Of a stretch of 50,661 nt of DNA, positions 37,171 to 48,824 are shown in pieces. How positions within the stretch are numbered: position 1 is the stretch's first letter; each line of letters opens with the position of its first letter. The DNA is from Candidatus Eiseniibacteriota bacterium. Lineage in GTDB: Bacteria > Eisenbacteria > RBG-16-71-46. The stretch is from NCBI GenBank assembly GCA_963717935.1, contig CAVQXP010000005.1:1-50661 (forward strand), in the 5' to 3' direction. Position numbers and translations under genes: made by a program. The notes under the pieces are model-generated. The model saw only the letters and a list, made by a program, of their open reading frames with translations, was not told where the DNA came from and did no database searches.

Positions 37171-39458
37171 TCGAGGTTGTCCTCGAGCCAGCGTTCGTCC
37201 ACGAGCACGTCGCGGGCCTTGCTGCCCTGGAAGGGCCCGACCACCCCGAGCTGCTCGAGCTGGTCCATGAGCCGGCCGGCGCGCGAGTAGCCCACCTTGA
37301 GGCGGCGCTGCAGCAGCGAGGTCGAGCCCTGCTGATGGGTGACCACCAGGCGGGCGGCCTCGCGGATGAGTTCGTCGTCGAACGTGGCCGCCTCGCCCTC
37401 CTCGCCCTCCTCGGACTCCGCCGCCGCCATGTCGGTCGCCATCACGGCGGGCGTGCCGGGCACCGCCTTGGCCTTCCAGAAGTCCACGACCCGCGTGGTG
37501 TCCTCTTCGGAGATGTACGCTCCGTGGATGCGGTAGGGCTCGGGCCGGCCCGCGGGCATGAAGAGCATGTCGCCGTTGCCCAGCAGGTTCTCGGCGCCGT
37601 TGGCGTCGAGCACGGTGCGCGAGTCGGTCTTCGAGGCCACCTGGAAAGCCATCCGCGAGGGGAAGTTCGCCTTGATCACCCCGGTGATGACGTCCACCGA
37701 CGGCCGCTGCGTGGCCAGCAGCAGGTGGATGCCCACGGCGCGCGCCATCTGGGCGAGGCGCGCCACCGGCTCCTCGATCTCCTGCGGCGCGGTGAGCATC
37801 AGGTCCGCCAGTTCGTCCACGACCACGACCAGGTACGGGAGCTTCTGGGGTGGGACGTCCTTGTCGCGCCGCTCGTCGAACTCCGCGGGGACGAGCCCCG
37901 CCTCGACCTTCTCGTTGTAGCCCGCGATGTTCCGCGCGCCGCACTTGGCCATGAGCTTGTAGCGCTTCTCCATCTCGCCCACCGCGCTGCGCAGCGCCTG
38001 GCTGGCCTTCTTGGCCTCTGTCAGGACCGGGAAGACCAGGTGCGGGATGCCGTTGTAGAGCGAGAGCTCGAGCATCTTGGGGTCCACCATGACGAAGCGC
38101 AGGGTCTCGGGGCCGTGCTGGAAGAGCAGACCCGTGATGATCGCGTTCAGACAGACGCTCTTGCCCGACCCGGTCGCGCCCGCCACCAGCAGGTGGGGCA
38201 TCCTGGTCAGGTCGGCGACGAACGGCTGGCCCACGACGTCGACGCCCAGCGGGATCTTGAGCGCCGCCGTGCTCGCTTCGTACTGGGCCGACGAGAGCAC
38301 CTCACGCAGATACACCGTGCGGCGGCGGCGGTTCGGGATCTCGACCCCCACGGCGGCCTTGCCGGGGATGGGCGCCAGGATGCGGATGCGCTGGGCCCGC
38401 AGCGCCATGGCCAGGTCGTCCTCGCGCGAGACGATCTGGCTGACCTTGACCCCGGGCGCGGGCTCGAACTCGAAGGTCGTCACGACCGGCCCCGGGTGGA
38501 TCTCGGTGACGTGACCCAGCACGTCGAAGTCCGCCAGCTTGGAGGTCAACAGGTTGGCCTCGACCGTGAGGTCCTCCGTGGTGACGATGTCCTCGATCTG
38601 CAACGGCATCTCGAGCAGGCTGAGCGAGGGGAACGCCTCGGTGGGCACCTCGCGCGGCTTCTCGTCCCCCACGGCCGGGGTGGGCCTGGGTTTCGCCTCC
38701 TTCGGCTTCGGCCGGGCGTCGATCTTCAGGCCGACCGGTGGCGGCAGGTCGAGCTGGTCAAGGGGTGCCGCCGGCGGCGCCGGCTGGGAGATGCGCGGCC
38801 GGGCCGGGGCCTCCTCCCGCGCCTTCGCCTCCTTCGCGCCCGCCGGCTTCGGCGGGCTGACCTTCGGCTTCGCCTTCTGCTCGCGGGCGCGCGCCTCGCG
38901 CCACTGGCCCCAGGCCGTGCCGAGCCCCACGGCCGGGTCCACCACGGCGCGCCGCGCGAGCCGCGCGAGCCAGTGGAAGCCCAGTTCGCTGGCCACCAGC
39001 ACGCTCACGCAGAAGAGGGTCCCGGCCACGATCCACGAGCCCACCTCGCCCAGCGCCGAGCGCAGGGCGAGCGCGCCTGCGAAGCCCCACGAGCCCACCC
39101 AGACCGTGCGGTCGAGATCGCCCAGACCCAGGAGCGTGCAGACCTCGAAGAGGATCAGCGCACCGATGAGCGAGGAGATGACGAGCGGGCCCGCCTTGTT
39201 GCCGCGCACCCGGTTCCAGGCCCAGCACGCGCTCAGGAGCGGCACGCCGTAGGCGGCGAAACGCCCGAAGGTCCAGACCAGGAGCGTGGCGAGCGCGGCC
39301 CCCACCGGGCCGCAGGCGTTCGGGGGCTTCCACAGGCTCTGGCCCAGCAGCGGGGCCCGCCAGGTGGCCACGCTCATGAGCGAGAGCACGGCGAAGGCCG
39401 CCAGCAGGAGGCCGACGATCCTGAGCTGCAGCCGGGCGGAGAGGGTCTTGGAAGCCAT
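37167..39458 (-). CDS. ftsK: DNA translocase FtsK
   Basis: 4-TM N-terminus; PGPVVT.FE, MPHLLVAGATGSGKS, DELADLM, ATQRPSVDVITG; gamma domain STSLLQRRLKVGYSRAGRLMD. Confidence 0.97.
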   Translation of the reverse strand: MASKTLSARLQLRIVGLLLAAFAVLSLMSVATWRAPLLGQSLWKPPNACGPVGAALATLLVWTFGRFAAYGVPLLSACWAWNRVRGNKAGPLVISSLIGALILFEVCTLLGLGDLDRTVWVGSWGFAGALALRSALGEVGSWIVAGTLFCVSVLVASELGFHWLARLARRAVVDPAVGLGTAWGQWREARAREQKAKPKVSPPKPAGAKEAKAREEAPARPRISQPAPPAAPLDQLDLPPPVGLKIDARPKPKEAKPRPTPAVGDEKPREVPTEAFPSLSLLEMPLQIEDIVTTEDLTVEANLLTSKLADFDVLGHVTEIHPGPVVTTFEFEPAPGVKVSQIVSREDDLAMALRAQRIRILAPIPGKAAVGVEIPNRRRRTVYLREVLSSAQYEASTAALKIPLGVDVVGQPFVADLTRMPHLLVAGATGSGKSVCLNAIITGLLFQHGPETLRFVMVDPKMLELSLYNGIPHLVFPVLTEAKKASQALRSAVGEMEKRYKLMAKCGARNIAGYNEKVEAGLVPAEFDERRDKDVPPQKLPYLVVVVDELADLMLTAPQEIEEPVARLAQMARAVGIHLLLATQRPSVDVITGVIKANFPSRMAFQVASKTDSRTVLDANGAENLLGNGDMLFMPAGRPEPYRIHGAYISEEDTTRVVDFWKAKAVPGTPAVMATDMAAAESEEGEEGEAATFDDELIREAARLVVTHQQGSTSLLQRRLKVGYSRAGRLMDQLEQLGVVGPFQGSKARDVLVDERWLEDNLE

Positions 39459-39741
39459 GCGCGTCAGAGAGCCTCCCTGCCTGGGAAAGGGCGCCTCGCG
39501 GACTGACCGCAGGCGAAGGCTTGCGCCCCGCAGCAGGCCGGCGACAGGGACGCCGCGCCCGCATGCCCGCCTCCCTGGCGGGCCACGGCTGGCTATGATG
39601 CATCAGGCGGGGGAATCGGGCAATGTCCGGCCGACCGGCCCGCAGGAGCCCCGCGCCGCGCCCTGCCACGGGCGGGCGGGATCCACCGCCGCGCCGGCCC
39701 GGCAGCCCGCAGCCGGCCCGCCCGGGAGACGGCGCCGCGCC

Positions 39742-40284
39742 CTACCTTTCCCTCGCCTCCAGCAACACCACCAACTGCCACAGGCGCGGCAGGCGCAGGT
39801 GCTTCGTGAGGTGGCCGGGGAACACGCGCCAGGCGCGCACGCGGAAGCGGGCCGCGAACTCCCACGGGTACCAGCCGGAGCGGTGGGTCTCGTAGGGCTG
39901 GCCCGGGACCTCCTGCGGGCGGAAGCCCCAGGGCGTGGCGACGAGCACGCGACGTGCGCGGCGCGTGAGCGCCTCGAGCAGCACCCACGCCTCGGCCTTC
40001 TCCAGGTGCTCGATCGCGTCGACGAAGAGCGCCAGGTCGTAGCGCGGCGCGTCCGCGGGGAGCAGGCGCTCGAGCTGGCGCAGGTCACCGAGGTAGACGT
40101 GATCGTAGACCGGATAGCGCGGCGGGTTGGCGTCCACCGCGTCCAGGCGCGCGGGGGCCGCGTATTCGCGCGTCAGCACGCCGTACTTGCCGTAGCCCGC
40201 GCCCAGGTCGAGCACGCTCGCCGGCTGCTCGCGGGCGATGAGGTCCACGATCCAGGGGATCTGCCAGTGCTCGGAGGTCGGCAT
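39742..40284 (-). CDS. Class I SAM-dependent methyltransferase
   Basis: SVLDLGAGYGKYG motif I; DAIEHL; start uncertain. Confidence 0.75.
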   Translation of the reverse strand: MPTSEHWQIPWIVDLIAREQPASVLDLGAGYGKYGVLTREYAAPARLDAVDANPPRYPVYDHVYLGDLRQLERLLPADAPRYDLALFVDAIEHLEKAEAWVLLEALTRRARRVLVATPWGFRPQEVPGQPYETHRSGWYPWEFAARFRVRAWRVFPGHLTKHLRLPRLWQLVVLLEARER

Positions 40285-40359
40285 GACGGGGTGCCTCGGG
40301 CTGACCGGTGCGGCGCGGCGCGCAGAGCGCGGGCACCCTAGCACACGCCCCGCGCGACG

Positions 40360-40959
40360 TCAGGTGCCGGAGCCGCCCTCCAGGCGCGTCCAGGTCCTGC
40401 CCTCGTGGCCGAAGCGGAACGCGGCGGGGTGCAGCATCTCGGCCAGGGTCTCGAGGGCCTCGGCGACCTGCGGCCCCGGGCGCCCGAAGAGCGCCGCTCC
40501 GTCCGCCACGTGGGCCCGGCCCTCGCGCGCCGCGCGCGACGTCCGCCAGCCGGGCTGCGACGGGAGCGAGCGGACCGCGGCCAGCGCGGCCGGCAGATCC
40601 AGCCCGGCCGGCGCGAGGACGATGACGTCCGGGTCGGCGCGCTCGAGCTCCTCCGCCGCCAGCGCGCGCGGCCAGGCCCCGGGCGCGCCCAGGACGTCCT
40701 CGCCCCCGGCCAGCGCGACGAGCTCCGAGATCCAGCCGGCGGCGGCGACGGGCGGGTCCAGCCCCACGAGGCAGGCCACGCGCGGGCGCCGGGGTTGCTG
40801 CGCCGCGCGCAGCGCGACGGCCTCGATCCGGGTCCGCAGGCGCGTGATCAACTGCACGCCCCGTTCGGGCACGCCGAGCGAGTCGGCCACGCGGCGCAGA
40901 TCGGGCCAGAGGTCGGCCAGCGCGCTGGGCTCGGTCGGGACGGGACGCACAGGGGGCAT
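40360..40959 (-). CDS. Cobalamin/Fe ABC substrate-binding-like protein, apparently lacking the N-lobe
   Basis: RPRVACL..LDP..AA.GWI.ELV..AGG...ADPDVIVLAP.G...ADG..LF.RPGP matches the C-half of BtuF-like proteins; no signal peptide. Confidence 0.65.
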   Translation of the reverse strand: MPPVRPVPTEPSALADLWPDLRRVADSLGVPERGVQLITRLRTRIEAVALRAAQQPRRPRVACLVGLDPPVAAAGWISELVALAGGEDVLGAPGAWPRALAAEELERADPDVIVLAPAGLDLPAALAAVRSLPSQPGWRTSRAAREGRAHVADGAALFGRPGPQVAEALETLAEMLHPAAFRFGHEGRTWTRLEGGSGT

Positions 40960-41091
40960 GGGACCTCGGCGGGTGGCGGGCACCCGGCGGGCGGGCTCGG
41001 GGATGTGGGATCGGCACTCGGTCACTGGCAGCTCTTCCTACACCGCGCCGCGCCAGCCGGTTCGCCGCTTGTCGCCCCGGCGTTTCCGCGG

Positions 41092-41120
41092 TTGCTCACC
41101 CACCGGGCCTCGGTTACATT
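41092..41120 (+). promoter_or_regulatory. Putative sigma70 promoter for hppA
   Basis: TTGCTC-17-TACATT, ~170 bp upstream of the start. Confidence 0.5.
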
Positions 41121-41290
41121 GCGCCGTCCTTCCGTCCCTGGCTGACCCGTGCATCGCGGGCGAGCCGGGCGGGAGCGCCGAATCGCTCCACCGACCGGGC
41201 GACGCTCGAGCGCTGACCCTTGCGCCTCCCTGCCGGTGAAACCCCCTCCGGCGCATGCCGGGTGGCTCAAGTCCAGCCGAAGGAGCGTTC

Positions 41291-43762
<2,472 letters not shown>

Positions 43763-43784
43763 CGCCGGCCGGCCCGTCACACCG

Positions 43785-43822
43785 ACGCCCGCGGGGCCCC
43801 GAGCCCCGCGGGCGTTCCGTTT
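43785..43822 (+). terminator. GC-rich stem-loop after hppA
   Basis: ACGCCCGCGGGGC-cccga-GCCCCGCGGGCGT followed by TCCGTTT. Confidence 0.65.
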
Positions 43823-43853
43823 GCGTGCCGCGGCCCGCCCGACCCCGCCCCTG

Positions 43854-43882
43854 CCGGTGGCCCCAAGAATGGGGATACTCCA
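43854..43882 (+). repeat. Orphan copy of the IS3 right end (IRR)
   Basis: CCGGTGGCCCCAAGAATGGGGATACTCCA matches 45482-45510 at 27/29 positions, same orientation, ends in CA. Confidence 0.85.
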
Positions 43883-43895
43883 CGTCCGCGGGCGA

Positions 43896-44216
43896 CTACC
43901 GCACTACCACACGCCTCCTATTGAACATCTGATCACCAGCGCTGTCCGGAAGCACGAGCCGCTCGTCTTGAAAGCCGACGGGTCGCAAGTACACGTTGAT
44001 ATACACCTCGCCGCCTCACTCTATCGTCCCTCGTGATGCAAATACGGCTACGTGCGCGCTCTCATGCGACTCAAACGTCCCCACAAGCGTGTCTCCCTTG
44101 GCAGTGACCACCACGATCCGGTGGGGTCCAAGACCAACTCGCGCGTCGAAGAAGTAGACTAGCCTCGTCGAATCGGCCACGACCGACGACGTGGCAAAGT
44201 CCGCCGGTCTTGTCGG
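43896..44216 (-). pseudogene. 5'-truncated unknown ORF with internal TGA
   Basis: PTRPADFATSS...RGTIE-TGA-GGEVYINVYLRPVGF...VVVR* in a single frame; cut by the IS left end. Confidence 0.4.
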
Positions 44217-44282
44217 TGGAGTGTCCCCCGTTCCTGAGGCCACGGATTATGGCAGGATGCCCCGGTCCCCGGAGGATCCTGC

Positions 44283-44552
44283 ATGCGCAAGAGCCGGTTC
44301 ACGGAAGCCCAGATCGTCGCCATCGTGCGTGAGAGTGAACGCGAGGACGTGACGGTCGGCCAGGTGGCGAAGAAGCACGGCATCACCGAGACCACGCTGT
44401 TCCGGTGGCGCAAGCGCTTCAGCGGGCTCGATGCTAGCCAGGCGGCCGAGCTGCGGCGGCTGCAGCACGAGAACGCCCGATTGAAGAAGCTGGTGGCCGA
44501 GCGCGACCTGGATATCGAGATCCTCAAGGAGATCAACTCCCGAAAATGGTGA
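44283..44552 (+). CDS. IS3 transposase OrfA (HTH)
   Basis: MRKSRFTEAQIV...VAKKHGITETTLFRWRKRF...LRRLQHENARLKKLVAE. Confidence 0.92.
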   Translation: MRKSRFTEAQIVAIVRESEREDVTVGQVAKKHGITETTLFRWRKRFSGLDASQAAELRRLQHENARLKKLVAERDLDIEILKEINSRKW

Positions 44553-45481
44553 GCGCACGGGCTCGCCGCGAACAGGTGGACTACGCCGTGGGACGAGGGC
44601 GATCAGTCCGCCGCGCCTGTGCGCTGCTGCAAGTGAGTCGGTCGGCCCTGGGCTACGTCAGCACGCTGCCGGCCCGGGATGCCGAGCTGGCGGGGAAGCT
44701 GGAGCAGATTTCGGCGGCCCATGCGGCCTATGGCCACCGGTTTGCCTGGGCGCTGCTGCGCCGGGCGGGCACGCCGGTGAACAAGAAGCGGGTGCGCCGG
44801 GTCTGGCGGGTGCTGGGACTGCACGTGCGCAAGAAGCGACGTCGGAAGATCCGCACTGGCCAGCCGCGTGTCCTCGCGCCGACCGGAGCGAACCAGGTCT
44901 GGGCCTACGACTTTGTGCACGACACCTGTGCAAACGGGCAGACGTTGAAGGCGCTGACCGTGGTGGACGAGTGGACCCGGGAGTGCCATGCGATCGAGGT
45001 GGGCTCGTCGCTCACGGCGGAACGGGTGATCGCGGTGCTCGAGCGGTTGTTCGTGCAGTACGGAGCGCCGCAGGTCCTGCGCAGTGACAACGGACCCGAG
45101 TTCATCGCCCGGGCGCTGCGGATCTGGGCGTTGTTCCACCACAGCGAGACGGCGACGATCGACCCGGGCAAGCCGTGGCAGAACGGCAGCGTCGAGAGCT
45201 TCAACGGGACGTTCCGGCGCGAGTGCCTCGATGCCGAGGAGTTCGCGCATCTGCGCGAGGGACGCATCCTGATCGAGCAGTGGCGGTGGGAGTACAATAC
45301 GCAGCGGCCGCACAGCAGCCTGGGCTATCGAACGCCGGCCGAGGTCGGCGCCGAGGCCCGCGCAGCCCTGAAGTCTGAGTCGCGGGCGATCGAGATCTCG
45401 GATCCTGGGGCAACCTTGGAAGCCGCGGTCGAAGACGAACCGGTCGAAGTTCACCCCATCACGCCGGGAACCCTGTCATGA
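44546..45481 (+). CDS. IS3 transposase OrfB (DDE/rve), in -1 frame at AAAATGGTGA
   Basis: WAYDF, VVDEWTRE, RSDNGPEF, PWQNGSVESFNG, YNTQRPHSSLGY. Confidence 0.95.
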   Translation: MVSARARREQVDYAVGRGRSVRRACALLQVSRSALGYVSTLPARDAELAGKLEQISAAHAAYGHRFAWALLRRAGTPVNKKRVRRVWRVLGLHVRKKRRRKIRTGQPRVLAPTGANQVWAYDFVHDTCANGQTLKALTVVDEWTRECHAIEVGSSLTAERVIAVLERLFVQYGAPQVLRSDNGPEFIARALRIWALFHHSETATIDPGKPWQNGSVESFNGTFRRECLDAEEFAHLREGRILIEQWRWEYNTQRPHSSLGYRTPAEVGAEARAALKSESRAIEISDPGATLEAAVEDEPVEVHPITPGTLS

Positions 45482-45510
45482 CCGGTGGCCCGAAGAATGG
45501 GGACACTCCA

Positions 45511-45778
45511 GGATGCCTAGTCCACCTATGAGCAACACCCACTCCCCACGTTGACCTCTCAGCCGTCGCCCCACGACAATTGTCCGCACTACGGCGACGG
45601 CCAGCCACGCCGGACCAAGGCATAGCCCGACGCACGCGAGTGGCCAGAACACAACATTCGGCACTGCCGACGCCGGCGCACCAGCATTAATGACTGCAAT
45701 CGCCACCTGGTACGCCAAGTTCGCCCATCAGGACCCACCCGGCCCGCCTGAAACTCCCCCAGAACCACGCTTGCTCAT
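45511..45778 (-). pseudogene. Small membrane protein fragment, IS-truncated, internal TGA at 45728-45730
   Basis: MSKRGSGG...GS*WANLAYQVAIAVINAG...WPLACVGLCLGPAWLAVAVV...WVLLIGGLGI, ending at the IS. Confidence 0.4.
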
Positions 45779-45940
45779 GCGTCTCCAGATTCCGCTCTTG
45801 CAGTTTCACTTCGTCTTCTCCCCGCAGCTCGTACACGGATACGGCTCGCGCCATTCTGGAGGGCGACGGCCTTGCGACGGCGATCCGGACCGAGATTCTC
45901 GACCCTATCTACGATCTGCTGGAATGGGGAGCCAAGTTCT

Positions 45941-46591
45941 TCAGTCTGGATCAGATGGCCGGGTGCCTCTGACCTGCCCGCTCAGGTCCACGAAGATCGG
46001 TTCGCTCCACACATCTTGAAGCTGATTGGAGATCAGCCCGCCCTTTCTCACCCGGAGTCGGATCTCGATGTCCGCGGCGTTCTTTGAGATCGTCTTGAAG
46101 CGGGCGATGGCCCCCGGTGCAAACGTCTTTTCCTTCGCAAGGTCAAAGAGCTCGGTTGGCGCGAACTTGATCTCCCGCCATTCTTCTTCCGCCTTCACCT
46201 TCACGCCGATCTCCGTGACTTTCCGGGGGGCGGCCACAAATTGTCCGAGATTCTCTTCGCCCCGAATTCTCCGAAACTTCTCTGTAAAACCATCCGCATG
46301 GGTCTGGGACGGAAAGGCCACAAAGTAATTCCACCAGTACCGACCCCAGCCGACTTCCTCTTCAGCCAGGACGCAACCTTCCGCGTCCCAATAGGCTCTC
46401 CGGAATGCAGCGATCAGCCGTTCGGAATCGACGGACAGCCCCGCGCGTCCGATGTACGTGATCGGAAATGTGACCTGCAGAATTTCGTACTGATTCTGCG
46501 GAAGGGAGGAGTCCGAAAGACCCGCTGACGCCCCTGAAGAAACGCAGAAGAGAAGTTCGGCCCAGAAACTCAAAACGAGAAATCTCGCCAT
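45941..46591 (-). CDS. Hypothetical exported protein (more AT-rich than flanks)
   Basis: Signal-peptide-like MARFLVLSFWAELLFCVSSGASA; starts 8 nt after the stop of the upstream ORF; no recognised domain. Confidence 0.55.
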   Translation of the reverse strand: MARFLVLSFWAELLFCVSSGASAGLSDSSLPQNQYEILQVTFPITYIGRAGLSVDSERLIAAFRRAYWDAEGCVLAEEEVGWGRYWWNYFVAFPSQTHADGFTEKFRRIRGEENLGQFVAAPRKVTEIGVKVKAEEEWREIKFAPTELFDLAKEKTFAPGAIARFKTISKNAADIEIRLRVRKGGLISNQLQDVWSEPIFVDLSGQVRGTRPSDPD

Positions 46592-46599
46592 AGCGCGCT

Positions 46600-47052
46600 T
46601 CAAAACCCCATCCCGGGCCAGCCCGGCCAATTGCGTGCTCTTGCCGATTGCGTGGTGTCAGCCGGTTGGCTCAGGAATTGGTATCCGTCTCGCCGCCCGG
46701 GCACGTAGACCGGCGTATCGAGGGTCTGGGCAAACCTGAGAAAGGCCACATCGAGTCCTTGGGCGTTCAAGCCCGCACCCACACCGATCCCCGCCTCCCA
46801 GCCCGGCAGACCGCTGGCTCCTCCGTTCAACAAGTAATTCGGAGTCGGAACGGAAGAGGACGCCCCCCCTCCGAACCCCATGTACCCGTGGGCGCTTATC
46901 TCTGTATCCGTTGTCACTCCTGGACCGTCGGAAGGATACCGAAAGGGGTTTGGGCAGTGTCTCGCCGGCCATGCGTGGAGGGCGGATAATCCGAAGCTCG
47001 CCGAGCCGCGGCCGACAAGCCGTCGGTCTGGGAGCCATGATTCAGCGCCCAT
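46600..47052 (-). CDS. Hypothetical Gly-rich ORF, possibly the C-terminal fragment of a larger protein
   Basis: ISAHGYMGFGGGASSSV...WEAGIGVGAGLNA; start and N-terminus doubtful. Confidence 0.35.
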   Translation of the reverse strand: MGAESWLPDRRLVGRGSASFGLSALHAWPARHCPNPFRYPSDGPGVTTDTEISAHGYMGFGGGASSSVPTPNYLLNGGASGLPGWEAGIGVGAGLNAQGLDVAFLRFAQTLDTPVYVPGRRDGYQFLSQPADTTQSARARNWPGWPGMGF

Positions 47053-47229
47053 GGTCTGCGCGTGGCTTTAGACGGAAGCATACTCCGCAGGCCGCTGCGC
47101 ACGGAAGCGCGATTCCGCGCGCCGCGCCTCATGCACGCGTCCGAACTGAGTTGAGCCACTCTCCCACTGGAGCAAGTCGCCCTCCAGCCCGCAACCCGCC
47201 TCCTGTACGAGACACGGGCCGATCATGTT

Positions 47230-47525
47230 GCTCCGCCGGAGACATCGGCACTCCGTTACCGGCGGACGGACGTCCGCCCGCGGGACTCGCTGAGAAGTAC
47301 GTCGCCTACTTCCACGGCCCGCTCGCACGGGCACGGGCGCACACCCTCGAGATCGCGCGAAGCCTCGCCGACGCGGATTTGGAGCGCGAGACGAAAGGTG
47401 ACCCGCCAGCGCCCCGACGCGACCGTGAACTCGATGGCCGTACGCTGGGCGCTCTACCAGATACTCAATCATCTGGCTGCTCACTACGGGCAGGTGAACC
47501 TGGTGAGGCACCTGCGGCGGGAGGG
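47230..47525 (+). pseudogene. DinB/DUF664-family remnant (5'-truncated, frameshifted)
   Basis: PLPADGRPPAGLAEK...LARARAHT...LADADLER then, in another frame, VRWALYQILNHLAAHYGQVNLVRHL. Confidence 0.6.
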
Positions 47526-47569
47526 CGCGGGCGGAACGCCGGCCGCCGGGTGAGCCGCGCGGCCCCGCG

Positions 47570-48796
47570 CTACTCGGCCAGCGCTCTCCCCCGCGTCTCG
47601 GGCAGGGCGACCACGGCGGCGAGCACCACTAGGTAGCCCGCGGCCGCGAAGCCGCCGATCGCGGCGCCCAGGGAGAACCGCGCGCTCAGGAACCCGACCA
47701 GCGCCGGGAACAGCGCGCCGACGCCGCGGCCGAAGCTGTACGCGAACCCCATGCCCGAGCCGCGCACCGAACCGGGGAACAGCTCAGCGAAGAACGCTCC
47801 CACCCCGCTGAAGTTCCCCGACACGAAGAAGCCCAGCGGGAATCCGAGGAACAGCATCGCGGTGTCACCGATCGGGGCGAACGTGTAGGTCACCGCGATC
47901 AGCAGCGAACCGGCTGCGAACACGATGAAGCCTGGCCTGCGACCCAGGCGGTCGGAGAGCCAGGCCGCCGTGAGGTAGCCCGCGAAGGAGCCGGCCACGA
48001 TCACCACCAGGTAACCGCCAGTGTCGAGCACCGAGAGCCCGCGCACCGTCTTGAGGTAGGTCGGCAGCCAGGTCGTGATCGCGTAGTAGCCGCCCTGCAT
48101 GCCGGTGGCCATCAGGCTCGCGAGCACGGTCGTGCGCAGCAGCCCCGGCGCGAAGATCCGCAGGAACCGTGCGCCCGACGTCGCCGGCCCGGCGCCGGTC
48201 GCGACCCTCGCCGGCTCCCGCACGCGGCGGCGGACGTAGAGGATCAGCAACGCCGGCAGGATCCCGGTCCAGAACAGCGCGCGCCAGGCAAGCGCGGCGG
48301 GCAGCACGGAGAAGTAGAAGGCGTAGAGGATCGCCGCGGCGCCCCAGCCCAGGGCCCAGCCGCTCTGCACCGTGCCGACCGCCCTGCCGCGGTGCTGGGG
48401 CCGGATCATCTCGCCGACCAGGGCAGCACCCACTGCCCACTCGCCCCCAAAGCCAAGGCCCTGCAGGCTGCGGAGCACGAGCAACTGCTCGAACGAGTGC
48501 GTGAAGCCGGAGAGGAACGTGAAGCAGGCGAACCAGGCGATCGTGACCTGGAGCATCCGCACCCGGCCCACGCGGTCGGACAGCGCACCCGCGAGCCAGC
48601 CCCCGGCGGCCGAGAACAGCAGGGTCGAGGTGGCGATCAGCCCGGCCTCGGTCCGGGTCATGCCCCAGGCACTCATCAGGGCGGGGATGGCGAAGGTGTA
48701 GATCATGAAGTCGAAGGCATCCACCGACCAGCCGCCGCCGGCGGCGACCATCGCCGACCGCTCGGGTGCCGTGAGTTCTCGCCACCACCGGATCAT
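47570..48796 (-). CDS. MFS transporter (sialate/carboxylate:H+ symporter-like)
   Basis: GW..DAFDF, GALSDRVGR, RSLQGLGFGGEW, SDRLGRR, AELFP..VRG. Confidence 0.92.
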   Translation of the reverse strand: MIRWWRELTAPERSAMVAAGGGWSVDAFDFMIYTFAIPALMSAWGMTRTEAGLIATSTLLFSAAGGWLAGALSDRVGRVRMLQVTIAWFACFTFLSGFTHSFEQLLVLRSLQGLGFGGEWAVGAALVGEMIRPQHRGRAVGTVQSGWALGWGAAAILYAFYFSVLPAALAWRALFWTGILPALLILYVRRRVREPARVATGAGPATSGARFLRIFAPGLLRTTVLASLMATGMQGGYYAITTWLPTYLKTVRGLSVLDTGGYLVVIVAGSFAGYLTAAWLSDRLGRRPGFIVFAAGSLLIAVTYTFAPIGDTAMLFLGFPLGFFVSGNFSGVGAFFAELFPGSVRGSGMGFAYSFGRGVGALFPALVGFLSARFSLGAAIGGFAAAGYLVVLAAVVALPETRGRALAE

Positions 48797-48824
48797 GGCT
48801 GCCTCCCGCTGCGCCGGCCCGGGC

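Larger units (their letters stand above)
44217..45510 (+). mobile_element. IS3-family insertion sequence (IS407-like group)
   Basis: TG...CA ends; IRL TGGAGTGTCCCCCGTTCCTGAGGCCAC vs IRR(rc) TGGAGTGTCCCCATTCTTCGGGCCAC; orfA/orfB pair; no clear target duplication. Confidence 0.93.

Noticed and set aside
35794..37944. 716-aa extended RimO ORF
   Set aside because: The extension overlaps ftsK off-frame; the real start is GTG at 37170.
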